A stretch of 64,000 bases of DNA from Macrostomum lignano (Eukaryota). The position numbers were made by a program, and so were the translations under genes. Where the stretch lies: NCBI GenBank assembly GCA_002269645.1, contig NIVC01000452.1:310001-374000 (forward strand). Reading direction: 5' to 3'. Shown piece by piece: positions 28,101-38,426 of the stretch (position 1 is the first letter of the stretch; every line of letters starts with the position of its first letter). The notes under the pieces are model-generated. The model worked only from the letters and a program-made list of their open reading frames with translations. It did no database searches and was not told where the DNA came from.

Positions 28101-30682
28101 CTAATCTCTCTCCTCTCCCTCTCTAATCTCTCTTTCCTCTCCCTCTCTAATCTCTCTCTCCTCTCCCTCTCTAATCTCTCTCTCCTCTCCCTCTCTAATC
28201 TCTCTTTCCTCTCCCTCTCTAATCTCTCTCCTCTCCCTCTCTAATCTCTCTCCTCTCCCTCTCTAATCTCTCTTTCCTCTCCCTCTCTAATCTCTCTCCT
28301 CTCCCTCTCTAATCTCTCTCTTCTCTCCCTCTCTAATCTCTCTCTCCTCTCCCTCTCTAATCTCTCTCTCCTCTCCCTCTCTAATCTCTCTTCTCTCCCT
28401 CTCTAATCTCTCTTTCCTCTCCCTCTCTAATCTCTCTCCTCTCCCACTCTAATCTCTCTCTTCTCTCCCTCTCTAATCTCTCTCTCCTCTCCCTCTCTAA
28501 TCTCTCTCTCCTCTCCCTCTCTAATCTCTCCCTTCTCTCCCTCTCTAATCTCTCTCTTCTCTCCCTCTCTAATCTCTCTCTCCTCTCCCTCTCTAATCTC
28601 TCTCTCCTCTCCCTCTCTAATCTCTCTTTCCTCTCCCTCTATAATCTCTCTCTCTTCTCCCTCTCTAATCTCTCTCCTCTCTCCTCTCCCTCTCTAATCT
28701 CTCTCTTCTCTCCCTCTCTAATCTCTCTCCTCTCCCTCTCTAATCTCTCTCCTCTCCCTCTCTAATCTCTCTTTCCTCTCCCTCTCTAATCTCTCTCTCC
28801 TCTCCCTCTCTAATCTCTCTCTTCTCTCCCTCTCTAATCTCTCTTTCCTCTCCCTCTCTAATCTCTCTCCTCTCCCTCTCTAATCTCTCTCTTCTCTCCC
28901 TCTCTAATCTCTCTCTTCTCTCCCTCTCTAATCTCTCTTTCCTCTCCCTCTCTAATCTCTCTCTCCTCTCCCTCTCTAATCTCTCTTCTCTCCCTCTCTA
29001 ATCTCTCTTTCCTCTCCCTCTCTAATCTCTCTCCTCTCCCACTCTAATCTCTCTCTTCTCTCCCTCTCTAATCTCTCTCTCCTCTCCCTCTCTAATCTCT
29101 CTCTCCTCTCCCTCTCTAATCTCTCCCTTCTCTCCCTCTCTAATCTCTCTCTTCTCTCCCTCTCTAATCTCTCTCTCCTCTCCCTCTCTAATCTCTCTTT
29201 CCTCTCCCTCTCTAATCTCTCTCCTCTCCCTCTCTAATCTCTCTCTCCTCTCCCTCTCTAATCTCTCTCTCCTCTCCCTCTCTAATCTCTCTCTCCTCTC
29301 CCTCTCTAATCTCTCTCTTCTCTCCCTCTCTAATCTCTCTCTCCTCTCCCTCTCTAATCTCTCCCTTCTCTCCCTCTCTAATCTCTCCCTTCTCTCCCTC
29401 TCTAATCTCTCTCTTCTCTCCCTCTCTAATCTCTCTCTCCTCTCCTTCTCTAATCTCTCTTTCCTCTCCTTCTCTAATCTCTCTCTTCCCTCCCTCTCTA
29501 ATCTCTCTTCCCTCCCTCTCTAATCTCTCTTTCCTCTCACTCTCTAATCTCTCTCTCCTCTCCCTCTCTAATCTCTCTCCTATCCCTTTCTAATCTCTCT
29601 TTCCTCTCACTCTCTAATCTCTCTCTCCTCTCCCTCTCTAATCTCTCTTTCCTCTCACTCTCTAATCTCTCCTATCCCTTTCTAATCTCTCTCCCTCCCT
29701 CTCTAATCTCTCTTTCCTCTCCCTCTCTAATCTCTCCCTCCTCTCCCTCTCTAATCTCTCTCTCCTCTCCCTCTCTAATCTCTCTCTCCTCTCCCTCTCT
29801 AATCTCTCTCTCCTCTCCCTCTCTAATCTCTCTTTCCTCTCCTTCTCTAATCTCTCTCTTCCCTCCCTCTCTAATCTCTCTTCCCTCCCTCTCTAATCTC
29901 TCTTTCCTCTCACTCTCTAATCTCTCTCTCCTCTCCCTCTTTAATCTCTCTCCTCTCCCTCTCTAATCTCTCTCCTATCCCTTTCTAATCTCTCTTTCCT
30001 CTCACTCTCTAATCTCTCCTATCCCTTTCTAATCTCTCTCCCTCCCTCTCTAATCTCTCTTTCCTCTCACTCTCTAATCTCTCCTATCCCTTTCTAATCT
30101 CTCTCCCTCCCTCTCTAATCTTTCTCTCCTCTCCCTCTCAAACCCCTGCCTTCTCGGTTTTAATCTCCTCAGCTTACATATTTGGTGGAAAAAATCTAGA
30201 AGACAGCAACGACATCTGAGTGTAACCTAAAAATCGCCTGTATAAAGTCAACTTTATGATTCAGCGATCGGCTTTTTATTAATATTTAATTCTGGCACGG
30301 GCCAACTAACAACAATAATTGCTGATAGGTGGCTATTTTTACCCAAGGCTACCACACCTCAGCTGGTGTTCATGCTAAAGCTTTAAATAATGACTAGGTA
30401 GAGCACAGATGACTAATGCCGGAACTCATTAGCTAGTGACACTGTTGGCTTAACCAACTCTGCTAATGATAATAACTAGTACTAATTGACTTTTAGCAAC
30501 TGTCTGTCGGACTGTCTGACTGTGCGCACGTATCTGTAATAATTGTCTTTCAGGTTCTTTCAAATAACACCAGGACTTATACACTAAGTGGCGCTGTACA
30601 ATTGTACAAAAAAATATGTACAAACAGTGCAATCACAAAAATTTACTTTATGCTTATGGCAGTGTAATTATACTTTAGTGCC

Positions 30683-30777
<95 letters not shown>

Positions 30778-30878
30778 GTGTGTGTCTGTCTGTGTGTCTG
30801 TCTGTCTGTCTATCTGTCTGCCTGTCTGTCTGTCTGTCTGTGTGTCTGTCTGTCTGTCTGTGTGTGTGTCTGTCTGTG

Positions 30879-30929
<51 letters not shown>

Positions 30930-30934
30930 GTGTG

Positions 30935-30981
<47 letters not shown>

Positions 30982-33900
30982 GTGTCTGTCTGTCTGTCTG
31001 TCTGTGTGCCTGTCTCTGCCTGTGTGTCTATCTATGCATCTTATGTCTTAAGCGTCTTATGCCTTAGTAGCTTATGCCTGTCTTGTGCCTTAGTGTCTTT
31101 TGCCTCAGTGTCTTTTGCCTCAGTGTCTTTTGCCTCAGTGTCTAATGCCAAACTGTCTTACGCCTCAGTGTCTTACGCCTCAGTGTCTTACACCTCAGTG
31201 TCTTACGCCTTAGTGTCTTATGCCTCAGTGTCGTATGCCTCAGTGTCTTACGCCTCAGTGTCTTATGCCTCAGTGTCTTACGCCTCAGTGTCTTGTGCCT
31301 CAGTGTCTTATGCCTCAGTGTCTTATGCCTCAGTGTCTTATGCCTCAGTGTCTTACGCCTCAGTGTCTTATGCCTCAGTGTCTTACGCCTCAGTGTCTTA
31401 TGCCTCAGTGTCTTATGCCTCAGTGTCTTATGCCTCAGTGTCTTATGCCTCAGTGTCTTATGCCTCAGTGTCTTACGCCTCAGTGTCTTATTGTCTGTCT
31501 GTCTGCCAGCCTGCCTGTGAAATCTGTTATCTCGACAACACATACTGCAAACAGAGCGCGAAGGCACTCACAGTGAGACACAAATAGCTAAATTACATAC
31601 TCACTACTGTGTATATTGCTATACCCAGCACCAACTCATATGCCCAGTTACCAAGGCCATCAACTCCTAAATTCCGCCCACTGCTCTCATTAGAGTGCGG
31701 GATAACTCTCCCTAGCTGAGGATCCTCTCCTGCCTTCTCTTATTCTCCTTTCATTTGAGGCGAGGGGAACTGCAGGACTGGCTGGTTAGCAATCGATCTC
31801 AACTGGGCTAGTGAGGCCGGTAATTCAATATCAATTTTCTATTTAAGCCATCAGATGTGCAGCATCAACGAGGAATCCCTGGCTGAGACCAACAGCGAGA
31901 TTCAATAGATTCAATATTTTCCCCACTAATGAGATCGTTTTTGGCAGTAGATTTTCCTAATTTACTTTGAGGATTAGATTGAGGTTGGGAATTAGGGTTG
32001 AGGATTCGGGTTGGAGATTCGGGTTGGGGATTCGGGTTGGGGATTCGGGTTGGGGATTCGGATTGGGGAGTCGGGTTGGAGATTCGGGTTGGGGATTCGG
32101 GTTGGGGATTAGGTTAGGGCTGAGGATAAGGTTAGGGTTGGAGATTCGGGTTGAGGATTCGGGTTGGGGATTCGGGTTGGGGATTCGGGTTGGGGATTCG
32201 GGTTGGGGATTCGGGTTGGGGATTCGGGTTGGGGATTCGGGTTGGGGATTCGGGTTGGGGATTCGGGTTGGGGATTCGGGTTGGGGATTCGGGTTGGGGA
32301 TTCGGGTTGGGGATTCGGGTTGGGAATTCGGGTTGGGAATTAGGTCAGGGTTAGGGATCAGATTAGGGCTTGGGATTAGATTAGAGTCAGCAGTGAATAG
32401 ACCATTAGCAGGGTAAGAACCGCGGCTACGCGGGGCAACTCACCGCCAGTGTCCTTGCAGTGAAAGTTGGGATCGATGCCCTTGTTCACCCATTTGTTAA
32501 CCCGGGCCGTGTCGCCCTGGCGAACAAATTCTACGAATTGCTTCAGGTAGCTCTGAAAATTCGATTTAAGTAGTACAGAAACTATTAAGAAAGTTTATCC
32601 ATAATTTGAAGCAAGTAGTGCGTGAAATAGCCAGACAAAAAAATGAGATTTTTGATTGAGACACAGAGGGAACGGGGTGAAACAGAGGGAGGGGGGGGAA
32701 GATAGAGGGAGAGGGGAGAAACAAAGGTGAGGGGGAGAAATAGGAGAGAGGGAGCGGGAGAGGGAGAGGAGGAGAGACAGAGGGAGAGGGGGAGACACAG
32801 AGTGAGAGGGGGAGAGAAAGGAGCAGAGGGAGAGACAAGGGGAGGGTGAGAGTGCGGCAGAGGGGGCTACAGCTAGACTGTAAAGCAAGCACACAGCAAA
32901 CACATTACTGAGTTACAAAGATATCCCTTGGGGATATTTAGTAGCATGGTAGGAGCGTAAAAATGGAAAGAGTAGAGGGAAGGGGTAGAAGGAAAAGCAG
33001 GCGAGAGCACCGCTGGGACACAACTTTCAAAAGCGCAAGTCAAGTCTAGCTTATATAATATATAATATACACAACTGCCTACCTTAGAGTGCAGTTTCTT
33101 CAATTTGCTAGTGCTAATGGACTGCGAACGATAGATCCTGCGCTTGTACTTGAACTGGAACAAGAATAGGTGACAAAATATATAAAAAAATAATGACCAA
33201 ACGGAAACAAAAGTACATTTTGTTTGAAGCTATCCTCAGCTGTTTCTTTCTCTTCTATTGAAAAGAGAACAACATGCTTCAGAGGGCAAGCCGCGTTTAA
33301 CGACCGCCATGGTATTTAGCTAGCTTGTTGTAAAAAAACAAGTGGCTTTTTTATAAGATACTCATTGTTTGAAGAACTTTATAATTATAGTTTTACCAAC
33401 ACAGAAAACCATAGGAGTGACTAAACTAGTGAAACAATCAAATAGCCACAAGCAGGAACCATCCATACTCGCATCGACCAATCAGAGAGCCCCAAGCAGA
33501 AAGCGTTAAAACTCACATCGACCAATCAGAGAGCCACAAGCAGAAAGCGTTAAAACTCACATCGACCAATCAGAGAGCCACAAGCAGAAAGCGTTAAAAC
33601 TCACATCGACCAATCAGAGAGCCACAAGCAGAAAGCGTTAAAACTCACATCGACCAATCAGAGAGCCCCAAGCAGAAAGCGTTAAAACTCACATCGACCA
33701 ATCAGAGAGCCCCAAGCAGAAAGTGTTAAAACTCACATCGACCAATCAGAGAGCCCCAAGCAGAAAGCGTTAAAACTCACATCGACCAATCAGAGAGCCC
33801 CAAACAAGAAGCATTCATACTCGCATTGACCAATCAGAGAGCCCCAAACAGGAAGCATCCATACTCGCATTGACCAATAAGAGAGCCCCAAACAGGAAGC

Positions 33901-36078
33901 ATCCATACTACTCGCATTGACCAATCAGAGAGACTTAGCAGAGTGCTACAACTTTTTTTTACCAATCAGAGAATCCAGTGAGTTCTTACAAAGTACAAAA
34001 TAGCAATTGTACTGGTTTAACTCCCGAACATCTTAAATCATAATTCTTACCTCTAGGAAGCCAATCGGCCCAGCTAGTGGATAATCCTTCAGCGGCCGCT
34101 CTTCCTGCAGAAATTTGCCAGCCTTGCCACTAACTGGCGGGCAGTAGAGCCCGAAATTCCAGGGATCTTTCAAGTCTTGGCCGAGTTGCAGCAGCACCAG
34201 CTGCTTGGCTGTTAGCACAGTGTCCGAGAGTTGAAATTGCAGGCATTTCTGGGTAGAAACGGCAGTTATCATTGTGGAACTTTTTGTCAACGTTAATTCT
34301 TGGAATTTGGTGCGATTCACAATGGCTAAACGGTAATTTGATTATTAAAACTTAAAGAAATGATCTTAAAAAATCATCTGAAGGAATGATTAGATAATCT
34401 GAAGAAATGATTAGATAATCTGAAGAAATGATTAGATAATCTGAAGGAATGATTAGATAATCTGAAGGAATGATTAGATAATCTGAAGGAACGATTAGAC
34501 GATCTAAAAGAATGATTAGATGATCTAAAGGAATGATTAAATGACCGAAAGGAATGATTAGATGATCGAAAGGAATGATTAAATGATCTGAAAGAATAAT
34601 TAGATATCTAAAGGAATGATTTGATGATCTAAAGGAATGATTAGATGATCTGAATGAATGATTAGATAATCTGAATGAATGATTAGATGATCTGAAGAAA
34701 TGATTAGATGGGTTAAAGCAATTATTTGATGAAGAAATAATTTGATTATTCGATAATTTAAAAGGATGATGAGATGACTAGAATCACTAAATGAAACGAT
34801 TTTAGCGCAATAACTTCACCTTTGATTGTTTGTAATTAAGCGCAAAAAATGTTTAGACTCTGAGTACATACATGTGCGCTAGTATCACTTAAATGAGTGG
34901 ATTTTTAATCCAGACAGTAAGCCCCACATGAGGGCCTCAGGCCACACAGAGCTCTATAAGTCACGCACAGCATCCTGAGCTCACAAGATGCTTGAAACTC
35001 AAAACCATCTTAAAAGTGCATCGAAGCGGGTCAATCTCTATATAGGAGGAATCCAGTCATTATATTGGTCTCACGTTGATACCAGATACTAAACGATATT
35101 ATGTCGATGATGTGGACTTAGTTCAGTTTGGATTGTGTAACTAAAAACTATATTTTGAACAAAATCTTGATAGATCGTAGCTGGGTTGCTCGATTTCAAG
35201 GACAGTCAGAAATTTCGCTTTCACAAGCTCGAAGCTTCACAAGCTCGAAACTTCACAAGCTCGAAGCTTCACAAGCTCGAAACTTCACAAGCTCGAAACT
35301 TCACAAGCTCAAAGCTTCACAAGCTCGAAGCTTCACAAGCTCGAAGCTTCACAAGCTCGAAGCTTCACAAGCTCGAAGCTTCACAAGCTCGAAGCTTCAC
35401 AAGCTCGAAGCTTCACAAGCTCGAAGCTTCACAAGCTCGAAGCTTCACAAGCTCGAAGCTTCACAAGCTCGAAGCTTCACAAGCTCGAAGCTTCACAAGC
35501 TCGAAACTTCACAAGCTCGAAGCTTCACAAGCTCGAAGCTTCACAAGCTCGAAGCTTCACAAGCTCGAAGCTTCACAAGCTCGAAGCTTCACAAGCTCGA
35601 AGCTTCACAAGCTCGAAGCTTCACAAGCTCGAAGCTTCACAAGCTCGAAGCTTCACAAGCTCGAAGCTTCACAAGCTCGAAGCTTCACAAGCTCGAAGCT
35701 TCACAAGCTCGAAGCTTCACAAGCTCGAAGCTTCACAAGCTCGAAGCTTCACAAGCTCGAAGCTTCACAAGCTCGAAGCTTCACAAGCTCGAAGCTTCAC
35801 AAGCTCGAAGCTTCACAAGCTCGAAGCTTCACAAGCTCGAAACTTCACAAGCTCCAAACTCGAAAGCTCAAAATTTCAAGCTTAAGTATTTGTACAGCTT
35901 AATAAAGTGTGCAGCACTGAGTGTTAAAACTAACCTGTTTGTTAGTCTCTGGTACGGAGACACGGATGTAGACAGTGCCACCCTGTTGCGGCGACTGCTT
36001 TTGCTGTTGCTTCTGTTGCTGCTGCTGCTGCTGACTCAACTTTTGAGCAGCAAAGGCGGCGTTACCGCTGCTGCTCAT
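1..36078 (-). CDS. shank: Shank/ProSAP-family scaffold protein gene, spliced, 3'-partial (11 coding exons in window; SAM domain would lie beyond position 1)
   Basis: Exons read manually with GT-AG borders and matching phases: 36078-35935, 34248-34051, 33154-33083, 32552-32444, 8544-8390, 7373-7207, 6385-6269, 5624-5174, 4312-4258, ~3719-3370, 1198-<1. Motifs [42 protein letters not shown] and [10 protein letters not shown] are characteristic of Shank. Confidence 0.93.
1470..2110. mobile_element. Degenerate hAT-type MITE (same family as 47162-47596, opposite orientation) with an internal tandem amplification of an ~83-bp unit
   Basis: Ends tagatgtcacacgcaa..ttgcgagtcacatatcta; internal ctcattggctgagctagattgggcctgc block is the reverse complement of ~47400-47435; unit repeated 3-4 times at ~1700-1990. 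Confidence 0.7.
2625..3340. repeat. ~32-bp minisatellite (ttctcaaatccccaaaaatgtcggtgagcgac) in Shank intron 10
   Basis: About 20 imperfect tandem units visible. Confidence 0.9.
3370..3719 (-). CDS. shank: Shank exon 10, PDZ domain (acceptor position uncertain)
   Basis: [55 protein letters not shown]; donor G|GTAAGT at 3369; several phase-compatible AGs between 3713 and about 3770. Confidence 0.85.
4258..4312 (-). CDS. shank: Shank exon 9, 55-nt mini-exon ([18 protein letters not shown])
   Basis: Acceptor cttttctacAG, donor GT|GTAAGT; converts phase 1 to phase 2, which is needed to join exon 8 to the PDZ exon. Confidence 0.72.
4590..5025. repeat. 51-bp GA-rich minisatellite in Shank intron 8
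   Basis: About 8 near-identical units; gives a 17-aa periodic pseudo-ORF. Confidence 0.92.
5174..5624 (-). CDS. shank: Shank exon 8, last ankyrin repeats plus linker ([33 protein letters not shown])
   Basis: Acceptor aatccgcAG, donor G|GTGAGC; 451 nt, ends phase 1. Confidence 0.88.
5700..6020. repeat. Degenerate ~40-bp repeat (gtgtccgagagtgtccgaa..tattggattattat) in Shank intron 7
   Basis: About 7 diverged units. Confidence 0.8.
6269..6385 (-). CDS. shank: Shank exon 7, ankyrin repeats ([39 protein letters not shown])
   Basis: Read by hand; acceptor cactttcAG, donor CAG|GTGAGA; 117 nt. Confidence 0.9.
6424..7135. repeat. 16-bp minisatellite tcacaatatcgaagct in Shank intron 6
   Basis: About 44 units, most containing AAGCTT. 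Confidence 0.95.
7207..7373 (-). CDS. shank: Shank exon 6, ankyrin repeats ([23 protein letters not shown]), 1 nt short in this assembly
   Basis: Acceptor ctcgcAG, donor CAG|GTGAGA; 167 nt where 168 is needed; the frame switches at about 7236. Confidence 0.88.
7410..8365. repeat. 11-bp minisatellite ctaatgactga in Shank intron 5
   Basis: Degenerate on the left, perfect array at ~8180-8365. Confidence 0.93.
8390..8544 (-). CDS. shank: Shank exon 5, ankyrin repeats ([40 protein letters not shown])
   Basis: Acceptor cattgtcAG, phase 1 matches exon 4 (G|AC = Asp); donor AAT|GTGAGT. Confidence 0.9.
9399..26455. repeat. ~17-kb satellite, 35-bp consensus ccatctccctctccctcactgtgtccattctgtct (variants about 33-37 bp), in Shank intron 4
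   Basis: Continuous tandem array, roughly 480-490 units by length/35; the unit contains no stop codon on the + strand. Confidence 0.97.
26880..30140. repeat. ~3.2-kb CT-rich minisatellite (ctctccctctctaatctctct, 23-27-bp units)
   Basis: Tandem array almost purely C/T with one AA per unit. Confidence 0.95.
30682..31025. repeat. (TCTG)n microsatellite with (TG) interruptions
   Basis: Directly visible. Confidence 0.97.
31030..31490. repeat. 15-bp minisatellite tgtcttatgcctcag
   Basis: About 28 units adjoining the TCTG tract. Confidence 0.93.
31965..32385. repeat. 13-bp G-rich minisatellite gggttggggattc
   Basis: Perfect core at ~32150-32320 with degenerate flanks. Confidence 0.93.
32444..32552 (-). 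CDS. shank: Shank exon 4 ([36 protein letters not shown])
   Basis: Not in the ORF track; read by hand. Acceptor ttttcAG, donor G|GTGAGT; 109 nt, ends phase 1. Confidence 0.88.
33083..33154 (-). CDS. shank: Shank exon 3 ([24 protein letters not shown])
   Basis: Acceptor cttgttccAG, donor AAG|GTAGGC; 72 nt; matches the Shank F(R/K)YKRR(V/I)Y..KLH(T/S)K segment. Confidence 0.9.
33470..33970. repeat. 44-bp minisatellite with a CCAATCAG motif in each unit, Shank intron 2
   Basis: catcgaccaatcagagagcc(a/c)caagcagaaagcgttaaaactca, about 11 units including degenerate ends. Confidence 0.9.
34051..34248 (-). CDS. shank: Shank exon 2 ([37 protein letters not shown] domain)
   Basis: Acceptor tttctacccAG, donor GAG|GTAAGA; 198 nt. 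Confidence 0.9.
34370..34720. repeat. 21-bp minisatellite gaatgattagataatctgaag, Shank intron 1
   Basis: About 16 imperfect units. Confidence 0.88.
35219..35855. repeat. 16-bp minisatellite tcacaagctcgaagct, Shank intron 1
   Basis: About 40 near-perfect units. Confidence 0.95.
35935..36078 (-). CDS. shank: Shank coding exon 1 (MSSSGNAAF..poly-[16 protein letters not shown], start of the SPN/FERM-like domain)
   Basis: ATG at 36078; donor CAG|GTTAGT at 35934; 144 nt, phase 0. Confidence 0.8.
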
Positions 36079-37004
36079 GGCAAACACTGTGAGCACCTAA
36101 GCGATCTGCAGTGAGAGAAGAAAACTGCGCATGAAAAATCAAAATACAAAAATCTAGCAAAGTCAAAAAAATTCAAATGCGTTAAAAATGGTCGAACAAA
36201 AGATAAGACGAGCTTGGTTAAGTTCGATTCTATTTTATCTAACACGAATAACTCTGTCTTCCAGCTGTAGTTTAAACTCCACTAGAAGATAGGAGAGAAA
36301 TATAAAGAGATAAGAAGTTGCACACTTCAAACACGACCGAGACCGGCCCACCCACCCACAATTTTTCTCTTTTGTATCTGTCGGAATGCTTCTCAGCAAT
36401 ATAACCCTCTACTGTACAATGCGTACAGTACGATAGGCTGATACCAAATGTACTGGCTAGTTAGTTAATAAATATAAGAACTTCTAATTTAGGCAACATA
36501 TAGTTTTGGGCGTGGTGTCATCTTGTTCTGCACACAAATTTCTGAAAGTGAAGTATAAGCCAGATCTATACGCCCCAAAGATGTTGCCAACCCCGCCCTT
36601 CTACTCATGGGCACGTTATACCTTCACTTTCGCTTTATTCGAGGTAGAAACTGTTAATTAAGGTCCTTTGACTTTGTCAGAATGGCGTAATTAATTAAGA
36701 ATTTTCTTAATTAGCTAGAAACTAGACCGTTTGTGGATCGAACCTTGTTGTAACTTGTATTTGATAATGGACTTCAACTTAAAGTGGCAAAGCGAGTTTT
36801 AAAGAAGAGAAATGATGAAAGCTGAGGTCTTAAGTGGCTTTGGGTGGGAGTTGAGAGCATAGATACAACTGTAAGGAATCAAGACTAACATAACATAATT
36901 TCGAGAACGAGTAACGGTGGGGGGCGATTCTTCAGGGCACAACATAGACAGCTATTCTCTTTAAAACAGAGTATTGGCAATGAGGTTTCTATGGTATTGC
37001 AACC

Positions 37005-37530
37005 TCACTGTTACTTTAGTGAGCATTGCAACCCAACTGATACTTTAGTGAGCATTGCAACCTCACTGTTACTTTAGTGAGCATTGCAACCCAACTGTTA
37101 CTTTAGTGAGCATTGTAACCTCACTGTTACTTTAGTGGGCATTGCAACCCAACTGATACTTTAATGAGCATTGCAACCCAACTGATACTTTAGTGAGCAT
37201 TGCAACCCAACTGATACTTTAGTGGGCATTGCAACCCAACTGATACTTTAGTGAGCATTGCAACCCAACTGATACTTTAGTGAGCATTGCAACCTCACTG
37301 TTACTTTAGTGGGCATTGCAACCCAACTGATACTTTAGTGAGCATTGCAACCCAACTGATACTTTAGTGAGCATTGCAACCTCACTGTTACTTTAGTGGG
37401 CATTGCAACCTCACTGTTACTTTAGTGAGCATTGCAACCTCACTGTTACTTTAGTAGGCATTGCAACCCAACTGATACTTTAGTGGGCATTGCAAACCAA
37501 CTGTTACTTTAGTGAGCATTGCAACCCAAT
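37005..37530. repeat. 29-bp minisatellite gcattgcaacccaactgatactttagtga
   Basis: About 18 units, two alternating variants, no unique spacers. Confidence 0.92.
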
Positions 37531-37639
37531 TGTTCCTTTACTGGGATTACTTTGGCCGGCTGGATCAGTACTTTAGTGAGTGACTATATTATTATCTATA
37601 GCAGGTCTCAATTAAGCCTTTTGGATAAGCACTAGATAC

Positions 37640-37892
37640 TGTGGCGGCCCAATCAGCACGCAGCCAGCGATTGCGAGTACATCTGCACTGAAACCCCCTG
37701 CCCGCCAGGCTGGGGGTGGGTGTACTCGGACAGACAGTCAGTATGCTAAGTCGGGGGGGTTGGCCTTCAATCGTGCCACCTTTTTGGCGCACCTCCCCAT
37801 GTGATCGCGTGCTTATTTATACTTACCGCGTAAAGCAAATAAACTTTCACGTTTCTCGCTTGCAACTTACTTCGTTTTCGCAAGCCGCTAAA
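37640..37892 (+). repeat. 5' LTR (253 bp)
   Basis: Matches the 3' LTR by eye except for one G in a G-run. Confidence 0.95.
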
Positions 37893-37922
37893 TTGGTGAG
37901 CCCGACATAGCTATTTCGTACA

Positions 37923-38426
37923 ATGGCTTCCAACACAGAGGCAGCTGTCTCTCTCAAACTGCCCACGTTTTGGGCAGCTCAACCCCGCGCATGGTTCATT
38001 CAAGCCGAAGCCCAGTTTTCTCTGCGCGGAATCACTCAAGATGCGACCAAGTACAACTACTTGGTGGCAGCGCTCGACCAGCAAACGGCTGAACGCCTCC
38101 TCGACATTTTAGAGGCTCCCCCAGCAGAGGGCAAGTCCGAGACGCTGAAGCAACGTCTCAAAGGCACCTTCGACTTGACGAGGCAGCAGAGGGCCAGTCG
38201 CCTGCTCAACATGACCGGCCTCGGTGATCGGCGGCCCTCAGAACTCATGGATGAGCCGGCGGTGGCTTCGGCCAGCAGGAGCAGCCGCCCGGCCCGGCAG
38301 CATCGGCCCCCACAGCGCGGTCAGGACAGCGGGCTGTGCTTTTATCATCGCCGGTTCGGCGCGAAGGCCCATCGCTGCGAGGCACCCTGCAGCTTCCAGG
38401 GAAACGGGCAGGCCGGCCGTCAGTGA
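37923..38426 (+). CDS. gag: Gypsy gag (short, probably internally deleted)
   Basis: VSLKLPTFW..PRAWF.QAEAQF N-terminus and a C-terminal LCFYHRRFG.KA.RC..PC motif typical of invertebrate Gypsy gag; only 167 aa. Confidence 0.85.
   Translation: MASNTEAAVSLKLPTFWAAQPRAWFIQAEAQFSLRGITQDATKYNYLVAALDQQTAERLLDILEAPPAEGKSETLKQRLKGTFDLTRQQRASRLLNMTGLGDRRPSELMDEPAVASASRSSRPARQHRPPQRGQDSGLCFYHRRFGAKAHRCEAPCSFQGNGQAGRQ

Noticed and set aside
31965-32385. Interstitial telomere
   Set aside because: The unit is a 13-mer (GGGTTGGGGATTC); TTAGGG appears only sporadically in the degenerate flanks.
37005-37530. 29-bp array (and the 44-, 51- and 23-bp arrays) as CRISPR-like
   Set aside because: Units are head-to-tail with no unique spacers, no cas genes are present, and the context is a spliced eukaryotic genome.
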